Positions 39,201 through 54,200 of a stretch of 64,000 nt of DNA are shown one piece after another; within the stretch, counting starts at the first letter, position 1, and the number at the start of each line of letters is the position of its first letter. The stretch is from Takakia lepidozioides. Its lineage: Eukaryota; Plantae; Bryophyta. The notes under the pieces are model-generated. The model made no database searches. It saw only the letters and a program-made list of their open reading frames with translations, and was not told the DNA's origin. Where the stretch lies: contig CM060734.1 in NCBI GenBank assembly GCA_030704615.1, positions 62,434,001 to 62,498,000 on the forward strand, given 5' to 3'. The translations under genes were made by a program, and so were the position numbers.

Positions 39201-42200
39201 CTTGTGCCTGCTGAACCTCCAATAAACTCTTACAGCAAAACTGACAGCTAATCAGCTAATCCCTTGCTGAGGTCTTCCAATATGAGGCTCAGAAATGCTT
39301 GGCAGTACATCTGCATGAGGCTTTCCACTTTTTTTCCACTTTTTGTCCCATAAGCTCTTTGAGCTTTCCGCGGACATTATAAAGTACCAATTCATTTCAT
39401 TTCATTTCATTTCATTTCTTGTATCCTGCTGTATTTAATTTCTATCCTTGCACGACTTAAGGCAGATACCGGCTCAAAGACATATGGGTAATGTAACTCG
39501 TTTCTATATTCAAAACCCAAGGTGTCTGGAAGTCTTTTCAGAGCACAACAGGAACACACTCATTCAGCAAGAGCTGAAGGAACGACCTGGAAATCAGCAG
39601 AACCACTCACTACTAAGCCACAGTTCAGTTGTCGGGACACCTTCCTTGTTCTGTGTGATAGAACACTAAGCTTAAAGCCCAACTGCTTGTCTGCTCCTCT
39701 TTATCCATCATGCTTGGGTTGTACCCAATTGGCCACTCTGTTTCACCTCATGGGTTCCTGTCATGGTTTCTCAGAGTATTGGCTAACCTGGAGTATGCAT
39801 CTGCCGTGTGGGATGGCAATATAAAGGAAATGATTTACCCTTACCCTGCATTACCTTTATCCTTATGAAATATATTCGCCTTTACAATATATATATCGGC
39901 CTGAAGACAATATCCATTTTCTGATACAGTATCCAGGCTATTCTCGTCAGAGAACGACCATCAAGAACATAGTCCCTGAACCTCTGTTCAACAACTTTCA
40001 AAATCTCGAGGCTGAGCCTAACCGCCTGGCCCTGTTGGGGTTTGATTGCTGGGTAGCTCACACACAGCAGATTGATGCTTGTGTGAAGGGTTTTCTAGAG
40101 GAAATATGGAAGCCCAAACTATTTGTTTATATCAAGGTAAGTCCCACAACTGGAGTGAACCCCTCACAAAGGTAGTGTCCGTTCCCATGTGTTTCGCCCA
40201 AACTGGGTGTGGGGTTTATGGCCACAAGGCGATGCCCAACAACATCTTAATTCATTATTCTGAGAGATTTGGGATGATTCATGATTGATTCACATAGTCT
40301 GAGGATCAAGACTATGGCTCAATATTGTTGGGTGTGGACAAATGGACCCTGAATCAATCCTTTCAATGACTCATGTAAAATATATGTATTTTGAATGTCC
40401 AGTTGTGAAGATATCATAGCATATGCAGGTGGGTCTGCGGGCAGAAGCAGCTAGTGAAGAACTGCTGGAGAAAGAAGCAAGGACAATTGTACAACGGCAC
40501 ATTGATGGCCTCTATTCAATAAATGGTTTGTTCCCTTAAGTCAAACCCAGGCCTTTCAGATATGCTAGGAGATCGGATACATAGAAAGATGCCAGTTGAC
40601 AAGGTACTCAATGGCGGCAATGTTATAATTAGTGCCACCGAACAGGGTCAGAGACATAATGGTGAAAGTTGCCACTTGTGCTACAGGGAATGAGGGGGAG
40701 GCACTTCAAAAGCTGGTGGATGCAATTCCAAGTATTTTAGATTGGCTGCTCCATTTTCGTCGTCCCTTGGTATGTTGATGTGCATACAAAATGTTTGTTG
40801 ATAGAAGTTCAAAGCCATATTGTGTGATTCTGATTAGGGCTACATGATCAACATGCTGCTAGTTGGGATTGCAGCTAGCACCAAGATTGGCCATTAACAT
40901 CTGTGAAACCTCTGGGTAGATAATCATTGGCATAGCGAATCGGCACTGCGAAGGCATTAAGTTACCTGCACTATTTGGCAGGAACCTTTCTCTTGACTTG
41001 TCAGTGAGAGTTCGAGATTACTTGTATTTGATTTGTGATGGCACCCAAGACCTTGGGCTAGCCATCAGATAAAGTTTTTCCCCTAATACATGGCTGAGTT
41101 GATGACCAAGTCTACTACCTTTGCTTAGCAATCTGGTGCCGGTATGTTAACCTCTACTTTTAATCTTTGCAGCCCTTAGCAGACTTTGGAGTGAAATTCA
41201 ATCAGAGAAAAGGGATCAAACCCCTGTCCATATCAGAGGTATTGGCTTTGAAACTCTCTATTGTCAGTAGCTGGAAGTTTCTATCTGTCTTTCCCTTTGG
41301 TTCTCCTGCAAAATGTTGGCATTTCATTTGCCCTAGTTGTTTTTCGATTGGCTATGGGGCCCCTGTGGACCTTACAAAGTTTCTTTTTCTTTTTCTTTTT
41401 CTTTTTTTTGCTTGCTTGGAGCTAGAGGGACAACACCATCACAAATTCTACTGGTGGAATTTGAATGAATCCCACTTCAAACCAAGGCCAACTTCTGGCT
41501 TGCAATATTTCTTACAAGGTTACCATCCCTTCCACCTGAAGGGTTGACAGCCCGGGCCCTCACAACATATATCAGTCTCAAATTAGCTGGTTTCAAGCAC
41601 GCTTGGTATGCTCGAGTGTTCAACTTTTTGCAATGGACACTCCATTGCTTCCTACTGCCACAAATTATGGAGGGGGTGGATATTGCTTCCAAATAGGACC
41701 GCAATAGATGCATCAGAAGAGAACATCAGGCGGACAAACCAACCACTCTAACAACAAAACTGCAATTCTATCAGGACACGTTCTTGGTTCTCCGTGACGG
41801 TAGCATCTTGCCGCCTAATTACCTGTCTGCAGCTCTATACATCTCTCTTCTAAGGGCATTGGGGAGGTTCAGGGCGGGCTCCCACAGTCTGCGGATAAAG
41901 ACTGGCAGGTGGGAAAATCTGCAAGGTGACGTCTGACTATGCACCGCTTGACCTGGGAACTACAGGGAAATTGAAAATGTAGAACATTTCTTCTTTCACT
42001 GCCCTTCCTACTATGAGACATTCAACTGTCTATTCCGGGATACCCAATCTCTCACAGAGGCTTTCCATTACGAGGATCAGACATGCTTGGCAGCTTACCT
42101 GCGTGAAGCATTGACTCTTCGACAATCCCTTAACCTTTAGTTGCTTTTGGGCTGTTTGTGGCCCCAGACATTGTAAAGCACCATTTCATTTCATTGCATT

Positions 42201-45200
42201 CATTTTCTTGTCCCATAAGCTCTTTGAGCTTCCTGCAGACGTTATAGAGTACCATTTCTTTCTCTTTTTTTCTATGGTCAGGCATCAGTCGGACATGGAA
42301 ACTAGCCAACCTTAAACAAAACTCAGTTCAATCTGGAAACATTCTTGGTCCTCTGTGACAATAGAATCTTGCGGCCCAGTTACCTGTCTGCAGCTCTATC
42401 TAACTCTCTTCTTAGGGCGCATTCTGAGCATAGAATGTACTCATAAGACCTTGTTTGACAGTCTGAGGATAGAGACTGGTAGGTGGGACAACTTTCAACG
42501 TGAGGACCGCCTATGCCCAGTTTGTGCTGGGAACAACAGGGAAATTGAAAGTGAAGAACGAGTCTTCTTTCACTGTCCTTTCTACTATGAGATCCGTGCA
42601 AGATTCAATCGTCTATCGGTGATCCCCAATCTCTCACAGAGGTCTTCCATTACAAGGATCAGAAGTACTTGGCAGCTTATCTGCATGAGGCCTTGACCCT
42701 TAGACAATCCCTTGAACAGTAGCTGCTTTTGGCTGACTCTTTGAGCGGTTTTGCCTTACTCATTCTTGTTTCTTGTTTGTCCTTTTGTCCCATTAGCTCT
42801 TTGAGCTTTCTGCGGACGTTATAAAGTACCACTAAAGTACCATTTCATTTCATTTCTCTCCTCTTCATTTTGTCCCATAAGCTCTATGAGCTTTCCGCGG
42901 ACGTTATAAACCACCATTTCATTTCATTTCTCCTCTCACACATCACTTGCAGGTGGTTGATATCGAAGAGACAATATGGTCACCCAAGTATGGCTTGAAG
43001 GGTATGCTGGATGCCTCTGTATGTGTTAAACTGGGGGGCTCCACCCATATGGGTGAAGACCAAATTATGCCCCTAGAGTTCAAGACTGGCAAAGGTACAA
43101 CTGGACAGGTAGACTTGGAACACCAACCCTAACTTTTGGTCAATTTGTTCTTTTACAATACTGCAGAATATTCTACAATGCTGATAGGCAGAAAGTCCTC
43201 GCTTAGTTCATTGTCACAAGTTGAGCTTATGATGGGTTGCAGGCAGCATTGGAGCATCGGGCTCAAGTTATTCTCTACACACTCCTCATGTCTGACAGGT
43301 TCTGCATTTCCTGTGTCACTCGTATTTACGATGTGCATAACAATTAAAGAAGTAATTTCTCTAAAAACTTGAAATCCATCTCTATCATAGTTGATGTGGC
43401 AGTGGGGTAGCCAAGAGATCCCGGTCCTCCCTTCCTACACTTACCTGGGCGTTGAGTTCTCCTCCAATTGTAATTGGGATGCACATATCCGGAAAGTTGT
43501 TCAAACTGGCAAGGGCAAAGCTCTGGGGCTCACTAAATTTTTCCACTGCAGAGGGGTCAACTCTAAGGTTAAGAAAACCATGCTTTGTCGCGTTATTAGA
43601 CCTGCCTTGGAGTACGGATCTGCTATATGGGTTGATAACTCCAACCAGGCTAAGTCTCTAGAATCCATTCAAGTGGGGGTGCTTAAGGAGTGTATGTCAG
43701 CATGCTCCAAAACAGCCAATGTGGCTGTTCGGGGTGAGTTTGGCATTCCGTCCTTAAGCTCCCGACGAGATGAATTCAAGGTCAGATGGTGGGGTCAGCT
43801 GCAACATATGCCCAACACCAGATATCCTAAGTTAATCGACTCTATATCTTGGAAACAGGACCGCCCTGTCAAACAGGCTAAGTCCTGGCAGAAGAGAGTA
43901 GAAGAGATCCTCAAGGACCTGGACCTGGATCCGCAAGTCTTGACCCTGCTGGATAAATCTGACTTAGAGGCTGTAGTGTCCTCAGCCATGTCTGTTACCA
44001 TGAGATTGTCTGATGAAAATGAAGTTAGGCAGAAAACTTCCCTGAACTTGTTTCCAGTCTGTGACATGGGGGAGGACATCTTGGATGACCTCAAGGGTCT
44101 ACCCACTCTCGGCACTAGACTGAAATTTAAACTCAGGGCAGGAAGCCTACCTTTGAACAGCAAACAGAAGCAGAGAGGAAAGGGAGAGTGCAATTGCCCG
44201 TTGTGTGGGCAATCTGAAGACAGTATTCATTTTCTGATACACTGTCCGGGGTTCTCTCACCAAAGAGACGCTCTCTTCAAATCTATTAAGGGAATTGTGC
44301 CTGTACCCCTGTTTACCAACTTTGAAAGTCTCGAAGCTGAGCCAAAAGCCCAGGCCCTCCTGAGGCCTAGTTTTTGGGCAAATCACACACAGCAGATTGA
44401 TGCTTGTGTGAAGGGATTTCTAGAGGATATCTGGAAAACCCGGATTAATTCTTTATATGGAGGTAAGTCTTACTACCAACGTCAGCCCCTGACAGAGGTA
44501 GGTTCTGTCCCTTTTGTTCCCGCTCAAACTGGGCGCGGGGTCAATGGCCACAAGGCTACGGCAAACAACGTCTTATGAGTACAATCTATCATAGTTGATG
44601 GCTCGCGAGTTGAGATGTGATACCGTCCGCATTTAGGTCTGTATCCGTTTCTGTTTTGAAGTCTTAGTTTTGAATTTTGTGATGGAGTACAACCAACTGA
44701 TTGGCACCAATATCCAATGTATACACAAATGATCATACAATCTACCTATGCTCAAGTACATGCATGGCTGAAGCTTACTATGTCTGACACTGTTGTTCCA
44801 GATACATGCAGGATATAGGGGCGGGATTGCTTTATTATCTCCACACCAATCAAACTCAGGTGAGGATTGGGTTCCCTGGTTTAACTGTTACTAGAATTTA
44901 TTTCTCATGACAACATACATTCCTTCCTAGTGATCACCATGGTTTATGCCGTGAATGGAGGGTAGACCTCACCCACCTATTGACATGCCTAATCAACCTT
45001 GTCAAATTCGCAGGATTATGCGACCTTCCTTTATTAATGGTCACAATGTAGAGTATTCAAAGCTCAGCATACCTAAGTAAAATTAGATTCCCACTTATTA
45101 TAATTTAGTCTACATTTTGAACTTTCAACTACTGCTCAAGTAGTTACTTGTTTCATTCTTGAGATTCTGCATGAAGGCTAGTTGCTGTATGGTGCACCAC

Positions 45201-48200
45201 TGCTCTTCCAACTTCAATGCTAAAGTCTGGTCTAATTTGGTGTAATTTAGGGGGTGGTGGTACAACATGCAGACCTGGCAGGCCTCATGATGCGGCGTAA
45301 TGAGCATGCCACCAACCTTCTCTCTGCCTCCTCCACCCAACTTCTGCCACCCTTATTGCAGGTTCTGCCCTCTTGCACCTGTGAGGTATCGAGAACACAC
45401 TATTATTAAGCTACATATCCATCTTCAGAAGTATTGCTAGCCTGACATGTTTCTACGCTAATGACGGTGATTATGGTCATATATGAGAAGTTAAAAATTG
45501 CAAACAGACATACATTGCCTCTGAGCTCTTGAAATAAACAATTTTTGTCCAGGGAGTTGCCGGAGGAACTAATTTGAGTATGTGCAATATGCAGAGCTTA
45601 CATATGTGTCAAAGCTGCCGCCATCTGGATACTTGCACTGTTTACCATAAGGTCTTTCACTCTCCCCTTTTTTACACTGCTTTCATCTTTTGTTGATCTT
45701 CGCCCAAAGAATCGAAATGACGCTTTACAACATCTTCAGAAAGCTCAGAAAGCAGGAAAGAAGAAATAAAATGAATTGAAAAGAAAGAGAATGAAATGAA
45801 GTGGAACTTATAACGTCTGCAGAAAGCTCTACTGCTGAGAGTGGCCCAGGCTGCTTGTTGAGGGCCTCACTTTCTATCTTGCATCCATTGTTTTTGGGTC
45901 CCATAAGCTCTTTGAGTACCCCATCATTTCTTCGTCATAAAGTATCATGTCATTTCCTTTCACCGTCCCCTCACAAAGATAGTGTCTGTACCCTGTTGTT
46001 CCGCCCAAACTGTACGTAGGGTCTATGGGCACAAGGCTACGGCAAACAACGTCTAAAAAGTACATTCTGTCAGTTTCTTCTCTACTATGAGATCTGGGGG
46101 AGATACTATCGCCTATTCTGAGATAGTCAATCCCTTGCAGATGTGTTCCACTATGAGGATCAGAAATGCTGGCAGCATATCTGCATGAGGCATTACTTGA
46201 CCAATCGTTCTAATTTCCGGACTGCTTGTTGTTCAACATTGAGAGATTCTCTAAGTTGGAGATCCTCATGTAGTGTACTTTATAATGTTTGTCAAATAGC
46301 TTATAGAAATGAAATGAAATGAAATGGTGCTGTATAACGACAAAGACACCATTTTCTAAATGGTGCTTTAGAAAGAAAGACAATTTGGAGCTGTACAACG
46401 TCTACAGGGGCTGAAGGAAGAGACAGAAATGAGAAAGTAGTTCTACTTTCTGATACGACATGCGCAAATGGCTGGAACCGTAGGAATTATGTGAGGGAGT
46501 GACCCTTGTAAGTGGGCAGGTCAAGGAAGCCCAGTGGCAACAGTTGTTGTCCATAGTGTTAGCTTTGACCGTGTTAAATGCTTCGAGCCTCAATATTGTT
46601 TGGTTAAAACCAGGTCACCATCATGCAGTTTTATGCTAGTTATTCATCCTCATTATGCGACATGACAGGCACAGGAGGGGGGAACTGCAGAAACCAGTGG
46701 ACTAGGTGGGTTGTTTGACTTGCAAACGGGTCACCTCACTAGGACGCACTCGGATTTTCTGCAGCATTGGGATCGTCTAATTGACCTGGAAGCTCATGAC
46801 ATTCATGTACGTCAAGAAATACATAAAGCCCTTGTTACTTTGTGATGGAAGCTGCTTGTTTAAATCATGTAATTTGAAGCTGACCAGTCAAATATACAGC
46901 TTTTTGTATCAAATGTACTGTGAATTGTGATTGTTAAGTCGCACCATTCTTCCCGAGAGTTATCTTTATAGTCTTACGGTTTGCGACATCACCTGATGAG
47001 TCCATGTGCTTCAATTACTTGCAATAGAGTTCACGGAGCGAGATTTGGCGAATGCCCAGCTGGCAGCGGGAAGAGCAAGGCCGTTGTCTCTCATGCTTGG
47101 TTCTCAAGTCAGCAGGCATATCTGACACCCAATCCAGTAATGGTAGCTCCTTTGTTTACTGCTTTTTTCGGCCTTCATCTTCTATAGTGCAAACACGGAA
47201 AATTCAATGCTCAAGGGAGGCTTCCACTCCAGCTACAGGGAGTTTACTAGATCGACCTTTCTCGTGCGGTGATTATGTGGTACTACTACCTTTGCTTTGT
47301 TTCAACTCAATTCTATTGTGACTTTTTATAGTGACTGGTTAAGAGGGTCAGTGTAGGAAGTTTGAGCACTGAACACCTAGAAGAAATAGAGTAACATCTC
47401 CCTCATGTTGTGCCCAGAACTCTCTCACTCATTGTGCCTTTATTTCAGTGGTTGAACATAGTCCCAAGGGCACTGTGGGCCACCTGTTCAAATTCTCTCT
47501 GTTGTTCTGCTTCACCTATAGGCCCTCCAGGCCCCTCTGGATGTCTATAAAGTTCTTTCTATCAGCTCTTTGATGTTAAAGTACCATTTCATGTCATCTC
47601 ATTGCACATCTAAAGTATCATTTTAATTATTATTTTCTTCTCTTTGTGATACTCAACCCTCCTACCTCCCCGGGAGATTTTCTACAGCCCTCCCATGAGC
47701 CCTCGGCGCTATCCGAGTTGCCTCTGATTGAAACAGGGAAAGGGTCTGGCCACAAAACACAAGGGGCTACAATCTGCCCAGTTTGCACAGTGGAGGAACA
47801 GAGCACCACTTATCCAGTCCTTGCATATTACTAGATCCATGGGAGATGGTAGTGTCTTTTTAGAGATTCCCATTCCGTCGCAGAGGCCATCAGCTTTGAA
47901 GACCCAAGTGCCTCACAGCCTACTTGAGGTCCTTCATCTTAGGGTGTTACTTGATGTATCCTGAAGTGGTCGTTTGTCCCTGTCCCATGGCCCTCATCAT
48001 GGCACCCTGATCATGTTATAAAGTGCAAAGTCTATACTGGGCAACCCTTTCATTTCATTCCTTCGGTGGGCACTTTGCAGACCCTATAAAGTTTCTATTT
48101 TCTTGCCTGCTTGCTTGCTTTTCATGGATGTTACAAAGCTCCTATCTTTCTCTTTAGGGGGCATGTGGGTCTGCTTTGGAGATGTCATTGGAACTTTATT

Positions 48201-51200
48201 TTGGTCTCAAACGCCCCAAGGACCTCCTGTGGTAGTTAAAAGTTTAATTCTCTCTCTCAGATTGTAGTTCTTATAACTGATCAGACCAATTGCTTAGAAG
48301 AAACACTGTCATGGTGATGCAGTTGTTGAGTACCGAGAGTGGCCACATAGCTGTGGCCTCAGGTGTTATCACCGGCATGAATTCAACCTTTGTCTCGGTA
48401 ATGACTCATCCTTCTATAATCTAGAATCATCTGGAAGAATGAAACTGGAAAACAATCCTGCCAAGATTGCTGATCATTTTTCTTGCAATTAGTGTTGTGG
48501 TTATGTTTTTTAACCGGGCTTCAAGCTCTTCCACAGCGCATTTCATGTCTGTGGGGCTTTACTGCCCTGCCTAGGTGGCTTACCCTTGTTTTGTCGTCAA
48601 TTTTCCCAGAAGTGAATTTTGGCTACCTGTAATTGGCACATTTGCCATGCTAAGAATTGAGATATAGTGTGTGGTCTACATAAGCGCATGCAATGTTTCA
48701 TTATTTGGATTACTGTGGTGCCAGATTTCTGTGTTCCATCGATTGCGACTGCCCAAGGTAGCTGGGATGTCAGAGGCAGATAGGCTGCTAGAAGAGGTGT
48801 GGCGCATCGACAAGGATGAGAGGGCATCTTCCCTGGCTCTTATGAGGTAACCATTTCCGTCACCATGCCAGAGGCTTTGAGGAATCTCACAGTAGATTTG
48901 TGTTGAGCATGAGCTATTTTGTTTCGAGCAATATTCCCTCCGAGGCCCTCGTACATTTGGCCTCCGTCCGTTGAACCAAACTTTCTAGGAGGTCAGAGAT
49001 GTCAGATTTCTTTGTACAGAGATGAAAGAAGTGTGTAAAGGGTCCCACCTTGTCAACATACTGACAGAGTCAAGGTGAGATGGGATGGACAATGACAGGT
49101 ACAATCTACTGCAGCTCTTCGTGAGATCCAATGGAGACCAACATCGTCGCCGCCTTATAGTGGATTTAGAGGTACCTATATGCATGTCCATTTCATTGGC
49201 TCAACCAATTGGGGTGTCCGATGGCAATCCCCCTTGAAAGCCGCTGTCAAATAAGGACATCGAATCATAAGCCAAACGCAAACTTTTGTTTTCAATTCAC
49301 TTGGGGCTCCCTCAGTGAACCAAACCCTCACAAGCACCATATGGGCATACAGGCACCCAAGTTTGAGAGTGGAGCCATGGTTAGCCAAGATCCAGCAGCG
49401 ATTTACGTGAAGTCTGCACCGGACCTCAACAATGATCAGCGGCGAGCCATTCACAAGGTGATGACTTTCAGTGTCTGCCTCTCCCTCTTTTGTTTCACCC
49501 TAAAACTCTTAAGCCTCAACATCCTCCAAAACAAAGAGAATGCCATCCAATGCCTTACTAATCCTCCATATCCTCCAGATCACTCACTAGGATTATTGGA
49601 TGATTATAGGATAAATTGCACGACTTCCAGATTGAGACAGTCAGATGGCTTAAAGGATAGGATTGCCCAAGGCTGCTGATCTTGGCAGAGGCAGGAAGTT
49701 CTGAAGACTAGTTGTTTTTTGGCTGTGAGTTCTGGGCACCTGGTTTCCCAGTTGTATCATGGGGAAATATTTGGATTCACTACAATCGTCTTTCCTCCAA
49801 GGGATGGTTGGGGCTAGAGGTACGCCACTGTCACCAATTCCATGTGCGGAATTTGCGTGCATACCACTTCACATCCTAGCAGACTCAGAAATTCTTATGC
49901 TTAGGACCTCTGCCAAGAGAAATGAAATGCAATACTTTAAATTGTCTGCGGAAAGCTCAAAGAGCTTATGGGACAAGAGAAAGCATGGAGCAAGAAAGAG
50001 AGAGGGCCCCTTAGGCCAAAAACAACTATTGCTCGAGGGATTGTCTAAGAGTCAATGCCTCATGCAGGTATGCTGCTAAGCACTTCTGATCCTTGTAGTG
50101 GAAGACCTCCATGAGAACAGAATAGACAATTGAATCTCCCATGGATCTCATAGTAGAAAGGACAGTGAAAGAAGAAGAGTTCTTCACTTTCCATTTCCCT
50201 GTTGTTCCCAGGGCAAGCGGGGCATAGCGGTCCTCACGTTGCAGATTGTCCCACCTACTAGTCAGTTTGCAGATAGAGACCCTAAACCTCCCCAATGCCC
50301 TCAAAAGAGAGGGAGATAGAATGCAGACAGTTAACTGGGCTGCAAGATTCTATCGTCTCAGAGGACCAAGAATGTCTCCTGACAGAACTGCAGTTTTGTT
50401 GTAAGATTGGCTGGTTTCCATGTCCCCCTGAAATGAAGTTCCGCACGTTCTCGTCTGATGCCTCTATTGCGGTCCTGCTTGGACGCAATTTCCAACCCCT
50501 CCATGTTTGTAGCAGCAGGGGAGAAACAGAGTCTGTTGTGCTCAAAAAAGTTGGACACCCAAGAATACCAGGAGGTCTTGAAACCAGTGCCATGTCATGA
50601 TATTGTTAACTAATAATAATGTCTCCTGGATATGAGTGATGCAGATACTAGCAGCAAAGGACTACACACTGATCTTGGGAATGCCGGGAACTGGAAAAAC
50701 ATCCACAATTGTTCATGCGGTGAAGGCACTGCTTGCTCGAGGGGCCTCTATCCTCCTCACTTCCTACACAAACTCTGCAGTTGACAACATCCTTCTCAAG
50801 CTCAAGATGCAGGTTGTCTTGCCTTGTACCCCTTGTACCCCTTTTAAGGAGATACCAGACATGGGGCACAATAGTAAGACAAAGGACTAGGGTCCACGAC
50901 ATTTCTGTAGTGAGTGATCACCCAGATCATGAGCTTCAAGGTCTGGGACTCAGTTTCCCGGCTGGTTGCTTCCGCCCTTGATGTTCTCCAATCAGAGGGG
51001 GAAGGACTACAGAAGAGAAGGCAACCTTGTCCTGAGTGTCGCTCTATGGAAACCTTGCTCTAATTTCACCTTTAAAGTTAGCTTGTCTTATGCCTACAAA
51101 TTTTTTGGCTAGGACCCCAGTGCCCAAATAGAAAGAGTTGGTAAAAAGGAGGGAAATGGGAAATGGGGGGAAATGAGAACGTTTGTGTCGCTAGCTAGAT

Positions 51201-54200
51201 GGCTTGTCAGTGCTGAAGCATAGGATTCAGTACCATTGATGAGTCGGGAGTATGTAGTCAATTATGTGTACCAGAGAGATATCCCTGAGCTTAGTTTGGA
51301 AATCCTGTCTCATGCAAGGTGATGTGAAGTTGGAAGAAGAGTGAAACATGTCAACTGCCCAGGGCACATGGAAAAGAAATGAATTGAAGAAATGAAATGA
51401 AATGAAATGAAATGATACTTGAAAGAAACTTTGGAATGTGGATTGGAAGTTCAGTGGGAACATGACGGAGAATGTACACATGAGACATTTGCCTTAGCCT
51501 TGTGGCCATAGACCCCACGCCCAGTTTGGGCAGACAGAGAGTGAGAGAGTGAAGGAAAGAAACTTTATATTGGAGAGTTTAGTATGTCCACTGGAAGCTC
51601 AGAGGAAGTGAGGTAATCCTCGCAGGCAAACACAGAGGAGAATAGTTCTTACATCCACAGATATGTCAGATATCGGAATTGTATTTGCAGGATGTTGATT
51701 TTATTCGAGTTGGACGAACAGAAGCCATTCACCCTGAGCTTCGAGGGCATGCAATCAGTGGACCAGGTGTGTGAATATTCTTACGAAATCATGAGCAGAC
51801 ATGTTATTCCCTCTACATTGGCATGTTGTTGGCGATACCATATTCTTCTATCATCTTTCTTTTCACCGGGCGCAACCAGGAATTGTACTGAAGAACACTT
51901 CTTTTATTGCCCTCTGTATTATGAGGTCCATGGGAGATTCCACTGTCTATTCCGTGGAACTCAATCTCTCACTGAAGTCTTCCATTATGAGGATCAGGAT
52001 CAGAAATGCTTGGCAGCTTACCTGTACAAGGCCTTGACCCTTAAGCAATCCCTTGAGCAGTAGTTGCTTTTGGGCTGTGTGTTGGCTCTGATTTTGTCCC
52101 ATAAGCTCTTTGAGCTTTCCACGGACGTTATAAAGTACCATTTCAATTCATTTCCTTCCATCGTACTGTTGCTACGCCGGGGGGATAGTACCCATTATAC
52201 AAACTTCATAAACTAAAAATCTTAATCCCACAACCCTCTAGAATTCTTGGCAGCTTCTCTTTATTACGTTGTGCAGTGATTAAGCCCTGCTTTTCTAGTG
52301 ATTTTGATCCGATATGCTCCTGACGCTTAGAGAATGTTGCAAAGTTTCCATATTTGTCTTTTCTCTGTTTTCTTGCAAGCTACTCGAAAGCTTATTTGTC
52401 TCCTACCTAGGGGAGAATCTCTCTCCCCTAGAGACGTTATAAAGCACCATTTCATTTCATTTCATTTCATTTCCCCATCCTAGTAGATGTTTTTATTTTT
52501 TGTTATCTACATGGACCCTGAAAAGGAGTTTTTGAGCTGCTTGTTGAGGGCCAAACTTTGTGTCTAGAGATGACAGGCGGGAGATTGAGACTGAAGGACG
52601 TTTTTCCTTTCATCATCCTCTCTATAAAGTTATAAAGTTCCATTCCATTTGTTTATTTTCATCCTCTCTACTATGAGATCTGGGTCAACTATTCCAGGAC
52701 AGCCTATCCCTTCAGTACAGTGACCAGAAATGCTTGACAGCATATCTACATAAGACTCTTCACCTTAGAGATTCTCTTGAAGTTGAAGAGTTTTTTTATG
52801 GGCTGCTTGTGATAGCCCCAGATATCCTGCTTTCTTTTGTCCCATAAGCCCTTTGAGCTCTCAGGGCGTTATAGATTGTACTCATAAGACGTTGTTTGCG
52901 GTAGCCTTGTGGCCATTGACCCCGCGCCCAGTTTGAGCGGGAACAAAAGGGACAGAACCTACCTCTGTCAGGGGCTGACGTTGGTAGTGTGACTTACCAT
53001 CATATATAGAATTAATCCGGGTTTTCCAGATATCCTCTAGAAATCCCTTCACACAAGCATCAATCTGCTGTGTGTGATTTGCCCAAAAACTAGGCCTCAG
53101 GAGGGCCTGGGCTTTTGGCTCAGCCTCGAAAATTGTTAAACAGGGGAACAGGCACGATTCCCTTGATAGAGTTGAAGAGATCGTCTCTTTGGTGAGAGAA
53201 CCCCGGACAGTGTATCAGAAAGTGAATACTGTCTTCAGATTGCCCACACAGCGGGCTCCCTTTCCTCTCTGCTTCTGTTTGCTGTTCAAAGGTAGGCTTC
53301 CTGCCCTGAGTTTAAATTTCAGTCTAGTGCCGAGAGTGGGTAGACCCTTGAGGTCATCCAAGATGTCCTCCCCCATGTCACTGACTGGAAACAAGTTCAG
53401 GGAAGTTTTCTGCCTAACTTCATTTTCATCAGACAATCTCATGGCAACAGACATGGCTGAGGACACTACAGCCTCTAAATCAGATTTATCCAGCAGGGTC
53501 AAGGCTTGCGGATCCAGGTCCAGGTCCTTGAGAATCTCTTCTACTCTCTTCTGCCAGGACTTAGCCTGTTTGACAGGGCGGTCCTGTTTCCAAGATAGAG
53601 AGTCGATTAACTTAGGATATCTGGTGTTGGGCATATGTTGCAGCTGACCCCACCATCTGACCTTGAATTCATCTCGTCGGGAGCTTAAGGACGGAATGCC
53701 AAACTCACCCCGAACAGCCACATTGGCTGTTTTGGAGCATGCTGACATACACTCCTTAAGCACCCCCACTTGAATGGATTCTAGAGACTTAGCCTGGTTG
53801 GAGTTATCAACCCATATAGCAGATCCGTACTCCAAGGCAGGTCTAATAACGCGACAAAGCATGGTTTTCTTAACCTCAGAGTTGACCCCTCTGCAGTGGA
53901 AAAATTTAGTGAGCCCCAGAGCTTTGCCCTTGCCAGTTTGAACAACTTTCCGGATATGTGCATCCCAATTACAATTGGAGGAAAACTCAACGCCCAGGTA
54001 AGTGTAGGAAGGGAGGACCGGGATCTCTTGGCTACCCCACTGCCACTTAAGATCACTTCCTCCCTCTCCTCTGTCGTTGAATGCTACCACTGCACATTTG
54101 CTGACATTAGCCTCTAGCCCCCAAAGATCAAAGTATCTCTTCGCGCAATCAATCAACTCCTGGAGATTGGTTGGAGTCTCCCCTATGCCTGCGAAGTCAT

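Noticed and set aside
38865-39420. CRISPR-like array or histone-type stem-loop repeats
   Set aside because: Spacing is irregular, the context is eukaryotic with no cas genes, and the units are contiguous with LINE-B coding remnants, so they are retroelement 3' ends.
44545-44584. Hammerhead ribozyme in the LINE-A 3' end (CAAACAACGTC-TTATGAG; CTGATGAG variant at ~25360)
   Set aside because: The core motifs are imperfect (no GAAA, CTTATGA) and there is no stem I between GTC and the CUGAUGA-like box.
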